Shown here: one piece after another, positions 242,556 through 248,000 of the stretch
How positions within the stretch are numbered: position 1 is the stretch's first letter
Layout of the letters: every line of letters starts with the position of its first letter
Origin: Wallemia ichthyophaga EXF-994
Taxonomy: Eukaryota; Fungi; Basidiomycota
NCBI RefSeq assembly: GCF_000400465.1
Contig: NW_008806277.1
Coordinates: 20,001-268,000, forward strand
Direction: 5' to 3'
Length of the DNA: 248,000 bases
Position numbers and translations under genes: made by a program
The notes under the pieces: generated by a model
The model's database searches: none
What the model was told of the DNA's origin: nothing
The model's input: the letters and a program-made list of their open reading frames with translations, nothing else

Positions 242556-244783
242556 TGGATTCCTCAAGAGAAAGGTGTATACACGCTGCAGCACACAAAT
242601 CTAAGCGTTTGAGAGGAGATGCGGCATAATGTTAATAACGAGTCAGATTAAAACCATATTGATGCCTTTTTCTTGTCGTTATATTGGCTGTAGAAGTACC
242701 AAAACTGATATATTTAAAGCAACAATTACGTCCTTCTACACATCTTATGCTGCTGTCTAGTGTTGTGTTCACGTGCGCCTATAGTGATATCTGGATGTTA
242801 TTTCCATCGCCATACATACTGTCGAAACTGTATAAGTTTGGAAATTGACAATTTTGTTGAAAATTTTTGTATTTAGTGTCTCGATTTTTATAGTCTTACT
242901 TTTGACTTTCAAATAAGCAAGCTCTTTCACGATAAATCGGACAATCTAGTTCTCAACGAAATTACTAACGCGTCTGCGTGGTTGCTCGTTCTGCGCGTTC
243001 TGCGCGTTTCGCTCTCCTCTTTACGACACCATGTACATTTCATGTATACTAGTCCCAGCTCTGAGTTACTCCTAACATAGGCTCAACCTCCCTCAACTGG
243101 ATTGTTTGCCTTCTCGAACAATGTCTTCCCGCTCGTTGAATCAACTGCTCCACTTGCCTTTGTTGTCTTCTCTGTCCTCTTCTATTTCCCTTTATTGTCT
243201 ACTGGCTGAACACAATCCTCAATTGATGTTGTCCCCTGCTTCACCTCGCTGCGCGCGTCCTATATCTCAATGCAACCGCGTCACGCAACGAACACAATCG
243301 AATGGAGATGGCAATCCAATTATCAAGTTGGGAGCCATCCCATATACTTTTTTTCTGCCATGACGTAGCTGAATTTCATAGAAAACGACTGTATTGTGCG
243401 AAGTAAAAAAATCCCAAATGATGTCGGCATAATTATTGGCAAGAATAAACTGAATGACTTCTTTTTTAAGCCATCATTCATTTGCACCTTGTAAGCAAAC
243501 AGTCTTTCGGAGATAATGACAGTTAGGAAATGCACTACAGGGATTTTTCAGGGTGCTTGTATCGTATCTGAGAATGGGTACAATGATATAGTCGCTCAAG
243601 CTCAAGTCTATTGGAGGGAGTAACAAAATTGATAGCCATAGAGCAACGGTAGCATATTTAAAAACAGGGTTTTTGGATTCAGTTGTTCAGCTCTTGCGGG
243701 TGTATTAGGAAATATCAAGGATAGAACCTTCTAATAGAATACACTAAGAGTATGAGTAAAGCTAGGCTCCATACAACGCCAAGCAAAAGCCCAGGACTGT
243801 TCTCAAAGTTAACATTGATCTTAATGTTGTTACTACTTTGAAGGTATGAATTGCGACTTTTACTGAATTTACCGAAAGCAAATCTTAATTCACGAATCGC
243901 ATTATTTTCCCAAAAACTGTGACCATGTCCATGGTTTAAGTCATGACTGCCGAGTTCGGGGACTCAGCTCGAGCGAGTGTGGAGTTAAAATAAATTCAAC
244001 CGTAAGCGGTTGCGTTTGAAAGCATTCATCACGATATATTTCCAGATATTATGATACTTAGTGCCTACGTTTGCTGCCATGTGCTTTTGGGCTCTAGCGG
244101 GACGCTAGCTAGAGGTAACGGGGTATGCGTATATAACTACAGTACTTTAGCTTGTGTGCTGTGCGCTGTTTACATAGCTCGGAGTTAGGGTGGGGTGAGC
244201 TAGGTGAATGTGGAAAGTTCCAAATTAATACGCCAAATAATTCCGCAGGCTGCTATACTCCTCGCAAGCACCCTGATGCCACTGGTTTGAGCTGTTTGTT
244301 GCACAAAGAATTTGCTGGCGATAGCGCTGTTCTTCCTACGAAGGCCGAGTCCACTAAGATGCTCACTGCACTCATCAGACACCTTAGCCAGGTAGGTCAC
244401 TCTGTACTCGATTGGCTGCTTGTACTTGACAACACTATAATGTCAAGGAGTATTCCAGCAAGAAAGTGTCTTGCGGGAAAAAGCAGGAAGTGGTGATCAA
244501 ATATCTTGACTGGGTTCTCTTCATTGTCATTCTCAACGAAGATCACGCTGGTGTTGCTCCCTTCGCTAAGTTTTGTGCCAGCTGTGAGTACTCAAGAGCC
244601 AAGGGTCCGACCATCTTAATTTCTGTGGATGGTTTGGTGTGTATGGGGCGATGGCAGTGTGGTTGGTGCAGTAAGCACGTGTTATCTTGATTGCTGCGCT
244701 GTCGTGTACCTATATGTCTGCGCGTGTCCTGCCGGCGTGTGCTTTACGTATTATAATTTTGCTGACAACTCATTTTATGAATA

Positions 244784-244871
244784 GGCAGGATGGCCGAGTG
244801 GTCTAAGGCGCACGGTTAAGGCGACAGCATCCGTGTTCGAAAGAGCGAGGGTTCGAATCCCTCTCCTGTCA
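244784..244871 (+). tRNA. tRNA-Leu(AAG) with 8-nt intron at 37/38
   Basis: GGCAGGA/TCCTGTC acceptor, CACGG/CCGTG stem, TT AAG G|cgacagca|T, long variable arm, GGTTCGAATCC. Confidence 0.92.
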
Positions 244872-246008
244872 TATCTTTTGCTATCTGTGATAGCATTGCA
244901 GGACTCAGATATCGTCATTATTTTGCCGAATGCACTCTCACTATTACTTTGTGTCAGCTGCACTGTTCCCTTGCACTTTACCTCCACGCGGAGGTCTATT
245001 CAAATGGTATGGGTGCGCGGAAGACTGCCAACTTGAGCAATCTAGGTACCAGTTGAGGTGATTGGTGGTGCAAGTAGTTCGGGGGCGGGTTTGTCGTGTA
245101 TAGCGCAGTGAAGTGCTATGTTTTAGTCAAGCTGGATGTGGCAAGTTTTAAGGAGTGTTATTTGGTATCTAAACATATGAATACCCACTTTAATGGCTTC
245201 TACGATTCCAAAGCAGACTTAATCTCCTCATACCCTCAATATTTGAAATTTCGAAATGCACCAGGTGAAGCCAAAGTCGTGATTTCAAAGTTGGGCTGAC
245301 CCCCTCTTTTATATACGCAAAACTAATCTTCCGAGTGCGAAATGAGGCATAATAGCAATATTTTTCCCTGGGGCCAACATTAAGTCCTATAGACGCCATC
245401 CAAAGTAAGACGTTTTACGCGTTTATAGACCCGAATAATTCATATTTTTGGGTAATTATAGTCTCTATAAATTAAAAGACTTTGTTTTTTTTTCGATAAA
245501 GCGCGTGAAGTTCTCCACATTTATCCTATAGCGTGCTCTAGACAGATTTCGGATCATTGCTTCCGATCAGCGTGCAGGGCGCAATCTGGAGCGCCAGGAA
245601 TATAAATCTGGCAAATCTATATTCAATCTATCCAAAGCTACCAACCAAGCCTTTTTATTTCGAGATCATCAGAACACAATCACCCATCTGAGATGAGATG
245701 GATGGTAGTCGAGAAATGCAACTCGGTGGATATTGAACGGTTGGTTAACATTGGGATGTATTTGGAATGCTGAAGATACCAGAGAAATCGACGGTCTTGC
245801 TAAATTGTTCAAATCGTCAATATATGATATCGCTGCATTCCTCTCATTCTCTTGTTCGTTTTCAGGATGAACTGAGCAAATGATCCAATCGTTCAAGCCG
245901 CCCAGAGTACAAGATTCAAGCTCAATTCACCTTGCTACCACCAGTTTTTGGAACGCAGCGATCGATATCTATGCATACACATAATAATACAACAGAAAAA
246001 GCAACATT

Positions 246009-248000
246009 CTAAGAAGTGCAAGTAAGTTTGAAAGCATGATCGAACAAGCCGTACGATCTCAAATGAGGAATGGTGTGCCGTTCTACGGCTACCATTTCTT
246101 CATCGCTGAGTGAATTCTGCGATACTAAGCGAACATCCTTAGTGAGGTTAATAATCTGTAGCAACTTCCCACTTCTCTTCTGCCTCACTTCGATGAATCG
246201 CTCGCAAAACAGTATCAGATATTCACCGTCGACTGCAGCACTATTAACTGTTCCGTTCCATCTCAAAACGTTTGCATTCTTCAGTGGGACGCCCTTTTCG
246301 TTCACGTAGAGACCCATCGAATCGAACACTAGCACGTACTCTCCACTCTTGGTGGTGAAAAGTTCAATCGGTTTCAGCTTCCCTCTGTGAGACATCTCGG
246401 TGATATTGGCGAGGTTCGACTGGTACTGTTTGGCCTGCTGGCGGTCTCTGAATATGTTTGAATTGCTTCCATACAGCCTCGGAAGAACGAGGATGCGTCT
246501 ACTGTCTGTAGGATCTAGTACACGCAACGAGCCCTCATCAACAACTGCGACATGCTTGCTACTCGGGAATGGAAAGAGCACCCTAGCTGTTCCGGTAGTC
246601 TGCAAACCAATTGAAGGCATTGTCTCGCGTATCCACACCTCCCGCTTTGGTTTTTTTACCCTGTTCCTATCCTGATAAGCCTGTGTACGTGTGTTGATAG
246701 GCAAAGGCTCATAAAATTGCACCGTAGATTTATGCAGAGTCTTGTTTGAAACGTAAGTAATGAGCACCTTCTTCCCCACAGAGCTGCCGACTCTGTAGTA
246801 CGTCACCCTTTCACTGGAGCTGCACAAGCGTATTCTCCCAAACTTGCGTCTCGGTCCGTGCGAGCTAGTCGGGCATATCTCCTCGAGATCGTAGCCGTAC
246901 AGCTGCTCATCAACATGCAGAATGAGGAGACTGTATTGCGAAAGCACAGTGACGCCCTCGACGCCGTTCAAACCAATCACCTTCCTGTAGCTGTCCTTGT
247001 CATCTTCAAATCCCATGTACACGCCTTCGGGTGTGGCGAGCGTGACGTACTTCCTCGCTCCCCATTGAAAAATGCTCGCCGAGTTGATGCGGTGCGGACT
247101 TGCCTTGTTGTATTTGTCAGTATTTGCTAGGACCGACTGCTGGAAGATGTTGTCTGTGAGTGTGTGCGAGACCAATAGCTTGTTTGTTTCAACAAAGGCA
247201 CGCCGTATCACAATAGCCTCGCTGATCTGGGAGCCATGTGAGTAAGAACTGTCAGAGATATCACCTATCTCACCCTCGATTTCCACGTTTGTCTCTCTTC
247301 TGGCGTGGAGGCATATAACTTGTACTCCTTCCCATTGCCAATATTCTTCAGTATGAACCCATGTACCTCTCTCTCTGGTTCAGTGTGAGTGAAGAGAATT
247401 CTAGATCCTGGATAAAGTCAGTTAAATCTATCTCTACACGCACTACCACACACCATCGGATCTCCTCTCATCTGCAAGCAAGCAATTTGTGCGGTGTGTG
247501 GGTGATGGATTCTCATTGTCGATGTGGCATACCTCGAGCGGAATCGGCCTCGATGTGAGAGAATATCTGATAGGATCCGTCTTCTTCTTCTGGCCAGGTT
247601 CAGTGATGAGAATGTAGTTATCCAAAATAAACACCTTCTTAGCACGCCATCCATGTAAGTCAGTGGCTGCTCTCTCGCGTTTAAAGAGTAATCCTTCATA
247701 CAAGAGCGTGCGCAGATCGTTTAGCAAGTCAATATCATGCAACTCGCCGAGTTTAAAGTCTAGCGCAGATGCCATCTCCCAAAACTTAACTTTATTATTT
247801 GACTGCTCAATACCAGGCTGTGTAGATTTGGCAATATCTGAAATAGCTCGCGCTGCAATGGGTAGATTCTCCCTATCGCTGTGATCTTCAGGTGTATAGT
247901 CGAGCATTCTATTGAGCAGAAGTGGGTATCGAGGTAGTCTAAAAACAGGTCTTTGTAACAGAGCGATTATATTCTGTCTTTGGGCTTTTGGATGTCTCGA
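246009..248000 (-). CDS. Rom2-like Rho GEF (DH-PH-CNH), C-terminal part; continues beyond window
   Basis: RLPRYPLLL (DH end), PH domain, CNH domain. Confidence 0.75.

Overview
Gene-dense fungal chromosomal segment with short spliceosomal introns. Protein content, the extreme compaction and an acidic class I hydrophobin suggest a Wallemia-like basidiomycete; this is an inference, not checked against a database. About 140 protein-coding genes can be supported, mostly conserved housekeeping genes. No CRISPR array, rRNA or transposase was seen. Top finding: an apparently circularly PERMUTED tRNA-Arg(ACG) gene at 9693-9768, with an identical copy at 14329-14404. The 3' half precedes the 5' half, the break falls exactly at the canonical 37/38 intron site, the linker is CCAC, a degenerate D-arm/A-box lies upstream and an oligo-T terminator lies downstream. 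I know of permuted tRNA genes from some algae, a nucleomorph and an archaeon, but not from fungi. Second finding: an 8.5-kb ORF-free AT-rich gap containing a near-perfect 1603-bp inverted repeat around a 1079-bp core (197409-201693), a candidate inverted-repeat centromere. Also present: an exact 4636-bp tandem duplication, an older ~2-kb tandem duplication carrying an orphan RPL28 exon, a likely intronic H/ACA snoRNA clamped by a 19-bp stem, a stand-alone kexin-propeptide-like ORF, and many divergent gene pairs with start codons 2-40 nt apart. Gene boundaries for intron-containing genes were read by eye and are approximate.
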